This document shows, piece by piece, positions 27,868 to 37,891 of a stretch of 64,000 nucleotides of DNA (position 1 is its first letter; every line of letters starts with the position of its first letter). The stretch is from an uncultured Rhizobium sp. Its GTDB lineage: Bacteria; Pseudomonadota; Alphaproteobacteria; Rickettsiales; UBA1997. The position numbers and the translations under genes are program-made. The stretch covers positions 40,900 through 104,899 of the forward strand of contig CAYSUM010000002.1 of the NCBI GenBank assembly GCA_964434225.1. Reading direction: 5' to 3'. The notes under the pieces were generated by a model. The model was not told the DNA's origin. It was given only the letters and a program-made list of their open reading frames with translations, and did not search any database.

Positions 27868-28341
27868 CTAAAAAAAGCGGCGGTGATTATTGTGACAGAT
27901 CGCAACAGCTAAAGCATCAGCTTCGTCTTCACTTTGAAAACCCGCTTTTGGCAATAAAATTTTTATCATCATTTGTACTTGTTGTTTTTCTGCGCGCCCT
28001 ACTCCGACAATGGTTTTCTTTACTGCTGTCGCTGAATATTCTGACACTTTTAATCCGCATAACCCCAAACTTAGAATCAACGCACCTCTTGCGTGACCAA
28101 GTTTTAACGACGATGTAGGATTGGTATTTATAAAAGTTTCCTCAATTGCTGCCTCGTCGGGCTGATGAATTTGAATAAATTCGGTAAGAGATTTATGAAA
28201 GATCTGCAGGCGCTCCGACAAAGGCTCTGAAGGCTTGGTGTGGATTGTGGTGGAAGCAATAAAATGGAGGGAATTATTTTTAACCTCAATAATTCCAAGA
28301 CCAGTTTTGGTAAGCCCCGGATCAACTCCAAGAATTTTCAT
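27868..28341 (-). CDS. ruvC: Crossover junction endodeoxyribonuclease RuvC
   Basis: MKILGVDPGLTKTG, IEETF and EDEADALAVAICH catalytic-acid contexts are present. Confidence 0.93.
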   Translation of the reverse strand: MKILGVDPGLTKTGLGIIEVKNNSLHFIASTTIHTKPSEPLSERLQIFHKSLTEFIQIHQPDEAAIEETFINTNPTSSLKLGHARGALILSLGLCGLKVSEYSATAVKKTIVGVGRAEKQQVQMMIKILLPKAGFQSEDEADALAVAICHNNHRRFF

Positions 28342-30510
28342 CTAGGAATAAAATTTCTGATTTTTTTCGACCATTTCGATCAATAGTTTGCTCACAGCAA
28401 AACGCGAACCATGCTTGCCGTTAAGTTCACGCAATTGATCGACAACTTTTTGTAAACCGTAAGAATCGGCGCAACGCAATATTCCGCCACGAAAAGCTGG
28501 AAATCCAGCGCCCATAATCATTGCCATATCAAGATAGCTGGCGTTTTTAACAACACCTTCTTCCAAACATTTGGCGGCTTCGTTGATCATCATTAAAACG
28601 CAACGATCCACAATTTCAGCATCGGTTAGATTAACGCGCGAAATCGATTTAGCTTTTCTTAATTTATGCAGAATTTCGACAACTTTTGGATTTACTTGCG
28701 CGTGAGATTTCTCTTTTGAACTGTGCAAATAAAAGCCTTGGCCAACTTTTTTGCCGAGCAATTCTTTATGATTTTCATAAAGCTCATCCAAAATATCAGC
28801 AACTCGCATCCTTTCGCCGAAAGCTTCGTGCAGCGAATGCGCAACCTTGACACCAACGTCAATCCCAACCACATCCGCCAAAACAAAAGGACCCATTGGC
28901 ATTCCAAAAGTTTCAATCAAATGATCGATGCGCTGAATCTCTGCGCCCTCTTGAAGCAAATATGCGGCTTCGTTCATGTAAGGTAATAAAATTCTATTCA
29001 CCAAAAATCCGGCGGAATCTTTTACGACGATTGGAGTTTTACCGAGTTTTTTTGAAAGCTTGACGATCGTGCCAATAGTTTCGTCAGAAGTTTTTTCACC
29101 GCGAATAACTTCCACCAAAGGCATACGATTTACCGGATTAAAGAAATGCATTCCAGCAAAACGCTCAGGATTTTGTAGGGATTTTGCCATTTCAGAAATT
29201 GACAAAGATGATGTGTTTGAGGCAATTACGACGTCTTTTCCAACTTTAGTTTCAGCTTCGGCGAGAATTTTTTTCTTCACTGCCATATTTTCAACAACCG
29301 CTTCAATTACAAAATCAGCAGCGTCAAAACCAGCGTAATCAAGACCAGAGGAAATTTTATCAATCTTCGACGCAGCTTGAGCTTCAGTATATTTTTTGAT
29401 TTGTTTAAGCTGTTTATAAATTTTGATAACCTGATTGTAACCAAGAGCTATGGCATTTTGCGCAATATCTTTAACACGAATATTGATGTCGTAATTGCTG
29501 AAAAGCCAAGCAATTCCGCCGCCCATCACGCCAGCGCCAATTAATGCGGCATTTTTAATTTCTTTAACTTTGATGTCACTTTCAACTCCCGAATCTTTTT
29601 TTAAAGCTTCTGAGGTAAAGAAAATTTCGATCAGATTTTTTGAAACTTCGCCAACAGCTAATTCGCAAAAAGCCTCGAGTTCAATTTTTAAACCGCACTC
29701 TTCTTTTTGAGATCCGTAAGTTCTTCTGATAACTTCCAAAGCATAAAATGGTGCCAGATATTGGCCTTTGGTTTTTTCGAATAAATCTTTTTTAGCCAAA
29801 TAGAAAACAAAAATTTTCCCCAGCAAAAAATTTTCAAAAATACGACGTTTTTTGGCAGCTTTGTAACGCAGTGCTAAAAATTTATTTTTTTCACCTTCTT
29901 GTAAAATTTCTGTAATAAATTCGCTTAACTTTTCTTCTAAAAATTCTTCGCGAACGATTTGATCTAAAAGCCCAATTTGAAAGGCTTTTCTAACGTCAAT
30001 TGCTTTGCCAGAAAGAATAATTTTTAAACTTTGTTGCAGGCCAACTAATTTTGGTAAACGCTGCGTTCCGCCAAATCCAGGAATGATTCCCAAACTTACT
30101 TCTGGCAAACCTAAAACCGTTTTATGATTCACAACTCCAACACGATATTTGCAAGCCAATGCCAATTCCAAACCGCCGCCAAGACAAGCTCCGTCAATTA
30201 TGGCAATGGTTGGAATTTTTAATTTTGAAATTTTTGTTAAGATATTTTGACCGCGAGAAACTTTTTCTAAAGCATCTTCCGCGCTAGAAATCGCTTTGAT
30301 TTCATTGATGTCAGCACCAGCGATGAAAATGTCTTTTTTTTCAGAAGTGATCAACAAAACGCGAATTGCTTTATTGCCGTCAATTACATTAATTGCCTTC
30401 TCGAGCTCTTCTAATACTGGCGCTGAAAGCTTATTAACTTTTTCATTAGGCAAATTGAAAATCAAATTCGCGACGCCGTTTTTTTCAATTTCTAAAGAGA
30501 GTGCGTTCAT
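28342..30510 (-). CDS. fadB: Fatty-acid oxidation multifunctional protein (enoyl-CoA hydratase / 3-hydroxyacyl-CoA dehydrogenase, FadB/FadJ-like)
   Basis: 722 aa. The N-terminal half is a crotonase fold (FIAGADI, GGGLELALAC). The C-terminal half is a Rossmann HAD (IGAGVMGGGIA, HFFNPV). Confidence 0.9.
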   Translation of the reverse strand: MNALSLEIEKNGVANLIFNLPNEKVNKLSAPVLEELEKAINVIDGNKAIRVLLITSEKKDIFIAGADINEIKAISSAEDALEKVSRGQNILTKISKLKIPTIAIIDGACLGGGLELALACKYRVGVVNHKTVLGLPEVSLGIIPGFGGTQRLPKLVGLQQSLKIILSGKAIDVRKAFQIGLLDQIVREEFLEEKLSEFITEILQEGEKNKFLALRYKAAKKRRIFENFLLGKIFVFYLAKKDLFEKTKGQYLAPFYALEVIRRTYGSQKEECGLKIELEAFCELAVGEVSKNLIEIFFTSEALKKDSGVESDIKVKEIKNAALIGAGVMGGGIAWLFSNYDINIRVKDIAQNAIALGYNQVIKIYKQLKQIKKYTEAQAASKIDKISSGLDYAGFDAADFVIEAVVENMAVKKKILAEAETKVGKDVVIASNTSSLSISEMAKSLQNPERFAGMHFFNPVNRMPLVEVIRGEKTSDETIGTIVKLSKKLGKTPIVVKDSAGFLVNRILLPYMNEAAYLLQEGAEIQRIDHLIETFGMPMGPFVLADVVGIDVGVKVAHSLHEAFGERMRVADILDELYENHKELLGKKVGQGFYLHSSKEKSHAQVNPKVVEILHKLRKAKSISRVNLTDAEIVDRCVLMMINEAAKCLEEGVVKNASYLDMAMIMGAGFPAFRGGILRCADSYGLQKVVDQLRELNGKHGSRFAVSKLLIEMVEKNQKFYS

Positions 30511-30513
30511 ATA

Positions 30514-31455
30514 TTAGTGGGCTAAAAATTTTTCGATTTCCAAAGCTGCCATACAACCAGTTCCGGCAGCCGTTACAGCCTGACGGTAAATTTTATCTTG
30601 AATATCGCCAGCAGCATAAATGCCAGAAACACTTGTGGCTGTTGAATTTGGCTTGGTTAAAATATAACCTTCAGCATCAATTTCGACGCCAGTATTTTTA
30701 AATAAATCAGAATTTGGTTTATGTCCAATCGCAATAAAAATTCCATCAATTGGCATTTCACGAATCTCGCCCGTAACAGTATTTTTAAGGCGCGCGCCCG
30801 TTACGGTTTTTGGGGTTTCGCTTCCCAAAACTTCATCCAAAGCATGATTCCAAATCACTTCAATTTTTGGATTTTTAAACAAACGATCTTGCAGAATTTT
30901 TTCTGACTTAAATTTGTCGCGACGATGAACTACATAAACTTTTTTGGCATGATTGGTTAAATATAAAGCCTCTTCAACCGCGCTATTTCCGCCACCAACT
31001 ACGATAACATCTTTGTTCTTAAAGAAAAATCCGTCACAAGTTGCGCATCCTGAAACCCCAAATCCTTGGAATTTTTTTTCTGATTCTAATCCCAACCATT
31101 TTGCTTGTGCGCCAGTTGCAATCACAACAGCATCGGCTTCGTAAACATCTTCCGATTCACCAAATAATTTGAAAGGACGAGAAGAAAAATCGACTTGCTT
31201 GATGTGATCGTGAAAGATTTTTGTACCAACGTGAATTGCCTGTTTCTCCATCTGTTCAACCAGCCACGGACCTTGAATTGCATCAGCAAATCCGGGATAA
31301 TTTTCCACTTCCGTGGTGATGGTTAATTGCCCTCCGGGAGTATTTCCATTGATGATGATCGGTTCAAGATTGGCGCGCGCGGCGTAAATTGCGGCGGTGT
31401 AACCGGCTGGACCGGAACCGATGATTGCTACTTTTGTTTTGTGAGTTGTTGGCAT
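30514..31455 (-). CDS. trxB: Thioredoxin-disulfide reductase
   Basis: It has the GSGPAGYTAA FAD motif, the redox-active CATCDG motif and the GGGNSAVEEA NADPH motif. Confidence 0.95.
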   Translation of the reverse strand: MPTTHKTKVAIIGSGPAGYTAAIYAARANLEPIIINGNTPGGQLTITTEVENYPGFADAIQGPWLVEQMEKQAIHVGTKIFHDHIKQVDFSSRPFKLFGESEDVYEADAVVIATGAQAKWLGLESEKKFQGFGVSGCATCDGFFFKNKDVIVVGGGNSAVEEALYLTNHAKKVYVVHRRDKFKSEKILQDRLFKNPKIEVIWNHALDEVLGSETPKTVTGARLKNTVTGEIREMPIDGIFIAIGHKPNSDLFKNTGVEIDAEGYILTKPNSTATSVSGIYAAGDIQDKIYRQAVTAAGTGCMAALEIEKFLAH

Positions 31456-31532
31456 TTTGAGTAATTTATTTTGCCTTCTTCGTGCGCTGACTTGAACAGA
31501 ATTGAAACCAGCGCAAGAAAAAAGAACTGCAG

Positions 31533-32273
31533 TTAATTCATGAACATTCCGCCGTTAATATGCAGAGTGTGGCCCGTAATGTAAGAAGCATCTTCGCTTG
31601 CTAAGAAAGCAACTCCTTTTGCAATATCCGAAGAGTCGCCCATTTTTCCGGCTGGAATTTTTGTCAAAATCGCTTCTCTTTGTTGATCACTTAAAGAATC
31701 GGTCATTGGACTAGAAATAAATCCCGGAGCCACGCAGTTTAGAGTAATTCCACGAGTTGCAACTTCTTGCGCTAAAGATTTTGTCATGCCAATCATACCC
31801 GCTTTGGAAGCAACATAATTACATTGCCCTGGATTGCCAGTAACACCCACAACTGAAGCGATATTGATGATGCGACCATATTTTCTGCGCATCATTTTTT
31901 TAATCGCGTTACGATTTAAGATGAAAGTTGATTTCAAATTCACATCCAAAACTTGACTAAAATCTTCATCTTTCATGCGAAGCACCAGCCCGTCTTTAGT
32001 GATTCCAGCATTACAAACTAAAATATCGATTTGTCCGCCCGCAAGCTCTTCGGCCTTGTCGAATAAAGCTTCAACTTCCACGAAGTTTGATAAATTGCAG
32101 GTTAAATATTTTACATCGCCACCAATTTCAGCAGCTAATTCTTTAAGCTTATCTTCTTTTGTTGATGACAAAACTAATTTTGCACCTTGCGCCGCTAAAG
32201 CTTTAGAAATTGCGGCTCCAATGCCACCAGTTGCACCTGTTACCAACGCGTTTTTTCCTGTAAGTCTGAACAT
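31533..32273 (-). CDS. fabG: 3-oxoacyl-ACP reductase
   Basis: SDR with TGATGGIG, NAG and YVASKAG motifs; 246 aa. Confidence 0.93.
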   Translation of the reverse strand: MFRLTGKNALVTGATGGIGAAISKALAAQGAKLVLSSTKEDKLKELAAEIGGDVKYLTCNLSNFVEVEALFDKAEELAGGQIDILVCNAGITKDGLVLRMKDEDFSQVLDVNLKSTFILNRNAIKKMMRRKYGRIINIASVVGVTGNPGQCNYVASKAGMIGMTKSLAQEVATRGITLNCVAPGFISSPMTDSLSDQQREAILTKIPAGKMGDSSDIAKGVAFLASEDASYITGHTLHINGGMFMN

Positions 32274-32284
32274 ATTTTTAAAAT

Positions 32285-33043
32285 TTAGTTTTTAGTTTTA
32301 TCAATAACGTCGATCAGGCGACCCAGCTTGTCGATATTTTTTTTATCGTAGCCAGTTTCCTTTTCGATTTTGTTATGGGTTTCGTTAATAATTTGATCTT
32401 GCTGTTCGCGATCTTTTTTGTCATCAACCACTGGTTTATTTTTATCTTCGTCAATCGTTTCGTCAATTTTATCATCGAGAGTTTTTGGTAAAAATCCCGG
32501 TTTTTCAAAATTCTTGGTAATGGCGCCAATAAAGGCTTCAACTGCTGGATCAATAATATCGCCAGTAATTTTTAAAATATTACCGCAACGCGCTTCAATC
32601 ATCCAATCTGGAACTTTTTTTCCATCGGAATCTGGTTTTTTTCCAAGTAAAAATCCGTAAAGATTGGCAATTACAGCGTAGAATGCACCGAAGATTAATA
32701 AGGTTTTGCCGATACCATATAAAACGCCAAGTGAACGATCCAAAATTGGTGGCATTTTTTCTTTTAAATTTTTGACCAAGCCAGAAGTTGAAAGCAATAA
32801 AGCGAAGAAAGTAACAATAAATAACATCGTGCGCGCAACAATATCGAGCACCATTTTATTGCCAGAATAAGAAGTCAGAAATTTAGCTAATAAAGGCGCT
32901 CCGAAGTAAGAAACGCCAAGAGCAGCAATCCAAATTAACAAGGAAAATAATTCTTTGACGAAGCCACGAAAAAAGGCCACCACAATAAAAATTAAAGAAA
33001 ATGCAATAAAGATTAGATCGAAAGTATTAAAGGTTGCGGACAT
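32285..33043 (-). CDS. cvpA: CvpA family membrane protein with an acidic/Lys-rich C-terminal tail
   Basis: The N-terminal FDLIFIAFSLIFIVVAFFRGFVKELFSL region plus 4 TM segments is CvpA-like. Confidence 0.75.
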   Translation of the reverse strand: MSATFNTFDLIFIAFSLIFIVVAFFRGFVKELFSLLIWIAALGVSYFGAPLLAKFLTSYSGNKMVLDIVARTMLFIVTFFALLLSTSGLVKNLKEKMPPILDRSLGVLYGIGKTLLIFGAFYAVIANLYGFLLGKKPDSDGKKVPDWMIEARCGNILKITGDIIDPAVEAFIGAITKNFEKPGFLPKTLDDKIDETIDEDKNKPVVDDKKDREQQDQIINETHNKIEKETGYDKKNIDKLGRLIDVIDKTKN

Positions 33044-33045
33044 GA

Positions 33046-33762
33046 TTATTTAGATTTTATTAGCCTGAAAAACGGTAAATTTTTAACGATTTCTTTTGGA
33101 GATTTTAAATCACCATTTTCGTTTAAAAAAGTTGCAGTAACAATTTTTTTTACCTGCATTTTACGTTTCTCGAATTTCATCACGTTTGCAATTTGAGAAT
33201 CAATAAAGTTTTTGGTTCTTGTAAAATTTTCTGAATCGTCTTTCACAAAGATTAACGAACTGCGCAAAATAATTTTCGCCAAAGTTATTCTTTTAGTATA
33301 AAAATTGAAGTCAGTTGATTGATCGCGAACTTCTCTCCAAATAAAATCGGCAATTTTAAAACAATCTCTCATTCCTTGTATAATCGGTTTTGCGCCCACT
33401 TCGAAAGAAGTAAAATTTTTTGGATTTAAATAGAAATTAATCAATCTTTGGATCGCAACTTGATGATCTTTTTCAATTTCAAATCTGGCGTAGAGTGCCA
33501 GACGAATTTTATCGCGAATTTTTTGAGTATGAAAATTTTCAATCGCTTGAATTTTTTCTGACACTTTTTGGTTTTGCGACCAAATATAAAATTCTGCGAT
33601 TTCTAAACAGCCATTTTCAAAAATTAAATTAGTAAAACTTTCAGAAATTCCAGAGTTATAAACTGCCTGCGAAAGCGCAGAATCACTCCATCCGTCGAAG
33701 GTGCAAATTTTTAAAAATTCTGCCAAAACTTTTTCTTTAGTTTCGCGTGAGTCAAGAAGCAC
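33046..33762 (-). CDS. COQ9 family protein ('rpsU-divergently transcribed' type)
   Basis: GTG start. The N-terminal KEKVLAEFLKICTFDGWSDSAL region and overall helical ~238 aa match the alphaproteobacterial COQ9-like family as I recall it. Confidence 0.6.
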   Translation of the reverse strand: MLLDSRETKEKVLAEFLKICTFDGWSDSALSQAVYNSGISESFTNLIFENGCLEIAEFYIWSQNQKVSEKIQAIENFHTQKIRDKIRLALYARFEIEKDHQVAIQRLINFYLNPKNFTSFEVGAKPIIQGMRDCFKIADFIWREVRDQSTDFNFYTKRITLAKIILRSSLIFVKDDSENFTRTKNFIDSQIANVMKFEKRKMQVKKIVTATFLNENGDLKSPKEIVKNLPFFRLIKSK

Positions 33763-33771
33763 AAAAAATAA

Positions 33772-33840
33772 TTTTAGATTTAATATTTAAGATTTAATTA
33801 GGCGCACAAATCTAAACTCAAAATCTTAAATCTTAAATTA
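33772..33840. repeat. Convergent AGATTT / AAATCT heptamer array (copy A) in a divergent promoter region
   Basis: tAGATTTaATATTTaAGATTT - ggcgcac - AAATCTaaactcaAAATCTtAAATCTt. The 18-mer aaatcttaaatcttaaat (33821-33838) is the exact reverse complement of 43401-43418. Confidence 0.6.
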
Positions 33841-33843
33841 ATA

Positions 33844-35022
33844 ATGACCACTTCCACAAAACTTCTTCCCGTACACAAAAGATTCGATGTTACATTTTCT
33901 CACGGTGAAGGAGTTTATTTATTTGATGAATCGGGAAAAAAATATCTTGATTTCGGCGCCGGCATTGCAGTGAACGCTTTGGGTCATTGCCATCCAAAAA
34001 TGGTTGCCGCGATTACAAATCAGGCCAAAAAATTATGGCATGTTTCTAATATTTATAACGTTTCTGAGTTAAATCGTTACGCCGAAAAATTGGTGAACGC
34101 CACCTTTGCCGATTATGTTTTCTTCTGCAATTCAGGCGCTGAAAGCATTGAATGCACAATTAAAATGATTCGCCGACATTTTTATGTGAAAGGTCAGCCA
34201 CAAAAAAATCGCATCATAACTTTCACTGGCGCGTTTCATGGACGTACGATTGCCACAATTTCCGCTGCAGCAAAACGCAAATATCTTGAAGGTTTTGAAC
34301 CAGCTTTACCCGGATTTGACAATGTTGAATTTGGCAATATTGAAGCCGTAAGAAAAGCAATCGACGAAAATACCGCCGGCATTCTAATCGAGCCAATTCA
34401 AGGCGAAGAAGGCATTAAAGTTTCTGATAAAAATTTTATTTTAGAACTAAGAAAACTTGCCGATGAAAAAGGTTTATTACTGGCTTTCGACGAAGTGCAA
34501 TGCGGCATGGGAAGATTAGGACATCTTTTTGCTTACGAATATTATGGCGTAAAACCAGATATTGTCGCCACTGCTAAAGCCATCGCTGGCGGCTTTCCTT
34601 TGGGCGCATGTTTGGCAACTAAAGATGCGGCAAGCGGTATGACATTTGGCGTTCACGGCACAACTTATGGCGGAAATCCCTTGGCTATGGCAGTTGCTGA
34701 ATCAGTTTTGGATGTGATGCTGGCTGATGGATTTTTAGAAAATTCTAAAAAAATTGGCGATGAATTAAAAAATGAACTGCAAAATTTAGCGCAAAAATTT
34801 CCGCAATTTATTCAAGAAATCCGCGGCGTTGGCATGATGCTTGGAATTAAACTCAGCGACAAAATTGAAAATACCGAAATGGTAAAGAAATTAATTGAGT
34901 TGGGATTGTTGGTTATTCCAGCTGGCGAAAATGTAATCAGAATTATGCCACCTTTGTTGATTACGTCGGAACATGTGAAGGAAGCGGTGAGTAAGATCAA
35001 GGCAGCGATTAGTAGTTTGTAA
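33844..35022 (+). CDS. argD: Acetylornithine/succinylornithine-type class-III aminotransferase
   Basis: FCNSGAESIE, DEVQCGMGRLG and TAKAIAGGFP (PLP Lys) motifs; 392 aa. Confidence 0.85.
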   Translation: MTTSTKLLPVHKRFDVTFSHGEGVYLFDESGKKYLDFGAGIAVNALGHCHPKMVAAITNQAKKLWHVSNIYNVSELNRYAEKLVNATFADYVFFCNSGAESIECTIKMIRRHFYVKGQPQKNRIITFTGAFHGRTIATISAAAKRKYLEGFEPALPGFDNVEFGNIEAVRKAIDENTAGILIEPIQGEEGIKVSDKNFILELRKLADEKGLLLAFDEVQCGMGRLGHLFAYEYYGVKPDIVATAKAIAGGFPLGACLATKDAASGMTFGVHGTTYGGNPLAMAVAESVLDVMLADGFLENSKKIGDELKNELQNLAQKFPQFIQEIRGVGMMLGIKLSDKIENTEMVKKLIELGLLVIPAGENVIRIMPPLLITSEHVKEAVSKIKAAISSL

Positions 35023-35069
35023 AAATTATCAACTCACCACGGCTGAAATTCTATATTTTTAGAAGCGCC

Positions 35070-35681
35070 TTAAGATTTATTACACTTGGCATAAAAATAA
35101 TAAGCCATTCCCAAAGCCCCGCAAAACAGCGCGCATCCCAAAATTATCAGATTAATATATTGTTTAATCAGCTCGCGATTTTCTCCGATTTCATAACCCA
35201 ACATCACCAATACGGTAGTCCAGAACAATGAACCGATTGTGGTGTAAAAACAAAATAGCTTCATATCCATTTTAGCAATTCCCGCCGGCAAAGAAATAAA
35301 GTGACGAAATCCTGGTAAAAGCCTGCCGATAAAGACCGAAATCGATCCGTGATTTTTAAAATATTCTTCAACTTTTATGATGGTTTCAGGCTTCACGAAT
35401 AAATAATTGCCAATTTTAAACAACATTGCCCTGCCCGCAAATGCAGCTAAATAATAGCTAAAAATTGCACCAATAACATTTCCTAAAGTGCCAACAAAAA
35501 TAATCAGAAATAAATTCATTTGACCTTGCGAAGCGGCGATTCCAGCAGGAATCACGATCAATTCACTTGGAAGTGGAAAAGCGGTACTTTCTAAAAACAT
35601 CCCGATAAAAATACCGAGATAACCAACTTGCCCGATAAAATGAACAAAAAAATTTATCGCTGAATCAACAAGTTCATGCAT
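35070..35681 (-). CDS. DedA family membrane protein
   Basis: GIFIGMFLESTAFPLPSELIVIPAG and RLLPGFRHFISLPAG motifs are present. Confidence 0.85.
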   Translation of the reverse strand: MHELVDSAINFFVHFIGQVGYLGIFIGMFLESTAFPLPSELIVIPAGIAASQGQMNLFLIIFVGTLGNVIGAIFSYYLAAFAGRAMLFKIGNYLFVKPETIIKVEEYFKNHGSISVFIGRLLPGFRHFISLPAGIAKMDMKLFCFYTTIGSLFWTTVLVMLGYEIGENRELIKQYINLIILGCALFCGALGMAYYFYAKCNKS

Positions 35682-35686
35682 ATTTT

Positions 35687-36322
35687 TTAAGATAAATTTT
35701 GAGAAACAAATTTTTGCAAATCGGATTTTGAGATTCTGCTACTACGTTTACTTTCAATGATGGAGCGGATTTTATTGTAAGTGGTATTCAGATCGTCATT
35801 TACCAAAATAAAATCATATTCGCCAAAGTGGCTGATTTCATCTTGAGCTTTTTTCATGCGACCTTGAACCACTTCTTCTGGGTCTTGAGCGCGTCCGCGC
35901 AATCTTCTTTCTAATTCTTTTAATGAAGGCGGAAGAATAAAAATTGAGACCACTGAATCAGAATCAAATTTTTCTTTAATTTGTCTGGCACCTTGCCAAT
36001 CAATGTCGAAAAGCACGCAATTGCCGTTTTTTAATTCATCTTCAATTAGTTTTTTTGGCGTGCCGTAATTATTTCCAAAAACATCGGCTTTTTCTAAAAG
36101 CTCATCTTTTTGCGCCATTTCGTCGAATTCGTTTTTGCTGACAAAGTAATAATGTTGACCGTGAACTTCTTGCGGTCTTTGGGCGCGAGTTGTAACTGAA
36201 ATTGAAATTTTAATCAGCGGGTCGTTTTGTACTACCATACGACAAAGCGTTGATTTACCCGCGCCCGATGGAGATGAGATGATTATAAGAAAAGGGTCGT
36301 GATTGAAGAACATAATCTGCAA
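35687..36322 (-). CDS. gmk: Guanylate kinase
   Basis: SSPSGAGKST P-loop, TTRAQRPQE and DIDWQG motifs. The start could be the ATG at 36322 or at 36313. Confidence 0.93.
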   Translation of the reverse strand: MQIMFFNHDPFLIIISSPSGAGKSTLCRMVVQNDPLIKISISVTTRAQRPQEVHGQHYYFVSKNEFDEMAQKDELLEKADVFGNNYGTPKKLIEDELKNGNCVLFDIDWQGARQIKEKFDSDSVVSIFILPPSLKELERRLRGRAQDPEEVVQGRMKKAQDEISHFGEYDFILVNDDLNTTYNKIRSIIESKRSSRISKSDLQKFVSQNLS

Positions 36323-36352
36323 AATAAAAACCGCCGGTTTTTGCCGGCGGCT
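36322..36352 (-). terminator. Rho-independent terminator after fabI
   Basis: The minus strand reads GCCGCCGG-CAAAAA-CCGGCGG followed by TTTTTATTTT, directly after the fabI stop. Confidence 0.6.
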
Positions 36353-36357
36353 TAAAA

Positions 36358-37176
36358 TTATTCACCATCTTTTACGATTGAAATATCGGGAGCATCTGGA
36401 GCTTTCATGCCAACAACATGGTAACCAGCGTCGACGTGAAGAACTTCACCCGTCACACCAGATCCAAGTTCACTCAATAAAAATACGCCAGCACCGCCAA
36501 CATCTTTCAAATCGATATTACGACGCAGAGGAGAATTATATTCGTTCCATTTGAAGATTAATCTGAAATCGCCAATTCCACTTGCGGCAAGAGTTTTTAC
36601 TGGACCAGCGGAAATTGCATTAACGCGGATATTGTCCTTACCCATATCCATCGCCAAATAGCGAACCGAAGCTTCAAGAGCGGCTTTAGCAACACCCATA
36701 ACGTTGTAATGAGGCATAACTTTTTCTGCACCATAGTAACTTAAAGTAATCACGCTTCCGCCGCCAGCTTTTTTCATCAAAGGTTCCGCTTCTTTAGAAA
36801 CTGCAACTAGTGAAAAAGCTGAGATATTCATAGTATTGGTGAAATTGCTTGGGCTGGTGTCTAAGTATTTGCCGCGCAATTCGTCTTTGTCAGAGTAAGC
36901 GATGGCGTGAACTAAAAAGTCCAACTTGCCCCATTTTTTTTCAAGAACTCTAAAAACTTCTTTTACTGATTCAGGATCGTTAACGTCGCAAGGAAGAACG
37001 ATGTCAGATCCAACTGATGCAGCCAAGGGCTCAACACGCTTTTGCAAAGCTTCGCCTTGATAGGTGAAGGCTAATTCAGCACCATATTTTTTTGCTTCTT
37101 CGGCAATTCCCCAAGCAATTGAGCGATTATTTGCAACGCCCATGATTAACCCTTTTTTTCCTGCTAAAATTGTCAT
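36358..37176 (-). CDS. fabI: Enoyl-ACP reductase (NADH)
   Basis: GLIMGVANNRSIAWGIA and YNVMGVAKAALE (Y-x6-K) motifs; 272 aa. Confidence 0.95.
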   Translation of the reverse strand: MTILAGKKGLIMGVANNRSIAWGIAEEAKKYGAELAFTYQGEALQKRVEPLAASVGSDIVLPCDVNDPESVKEVFRVLEKKWGKLDFLVHAIAYSDKDELRGKYLDTSPSNFTNTMNISAFSLVAVSKEAEPLMKKAGGGSVITLSYYGAEKVMPHYNVMGVAKAALEASVRYLAMDMGKDNIRVNAISAGPVKTLAASGIGDFRLIFKWNEYNSPLRRNIDLKDVGGAGVFLLSELGSGVTGEVLHVDAGYHVVGMKAPDAPDISIVKDGE

Positions 37177-37203
37177 GTTTTAAATGATAGTTTGGTTGGT
37201 AAA

Positions 37204-37809
37204 TTATGCGTAAAGCCAAGAAGTTTCTTGCCTGTTACGTGTTTCAAAATTTTTGATTTTATCTTCTTTCTTCAGCGTCAATCCAATATCGTCAAGCCCT
37301 TCAAGCAAGCAATATTTTTTAAAGCTATCGATTTCAAATTTATAAATTTTATTAGCGGCGCGCACTTCTTGTTTTGGCAAGTCTATCGTCACGCTGTTGC
37401 TTTCGTCGGCGGCAAATTCCAATAATTCAGCAACTTGGTCCGAGGGAAGAATCACTGGCAAAATGCCATTTTTAAAGCAGTTGTTAAAAAAGATGTCGGC
37501 AAAAGATGGCGCGATAACGCAGTTAATTCCAAAATCAACTAAAGCCCAAGGAGCGTGTTCTCTGCTTGATCCACAGCCAAAATTATCTTTCGCGACTAAA
37601 ATTTTAGAATTTCTGTAAGCTGGTTTATTTAAAACAAAATCTGGAATTTCTTTTTCATTTAAATCGAAACGCATTTCGAAAAAAAGATTTTTGCCCAAAC
37701 CAGTTCTTTCAATGGTTTTCAGAAATTGTTTCGGAATGATCATATCGGTATCAATATTGATCAAAGCTAATGGCGCAGCAGCGGAAGTGACTGTGTTAAA
37801 CTTGTCCAT
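37204..37809 (-). CDS. leuD: 3-isopropylmalate dehydratase small subunit (aconitase swivel-domain protein)
   Basis: [27 protein letters not shown] and [16 protein letters not shown] motifs are present. There is no leuC in the window. Confidence 0.85.
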   Translation of the reverse strand: MDKFNTVTSAAAPLALINIDTDMIIPKQFLKTIERTGLGKNLFFEMRFDLNEKEIPDFVLNKPAYRNSKILVAKDNFGCGSSREHAPWALVDFGINCVIAPSFADIFFNNCFKNGILPVILPSDQVAELLEFAADESNSVTIDLPKQEVRAANKIYKFEIDSFKKYCLLEGLDDIGLTLKKEDKIKNFETRNRQETSWLYA

Positions 37810-37891
37810 TGATGGAATTTTAAATTGATTTGTCGAAAGAGGAGAAGATTGCGAAATAAAGCAACAACTCGGTTAAATTACAAGCTGGGAT

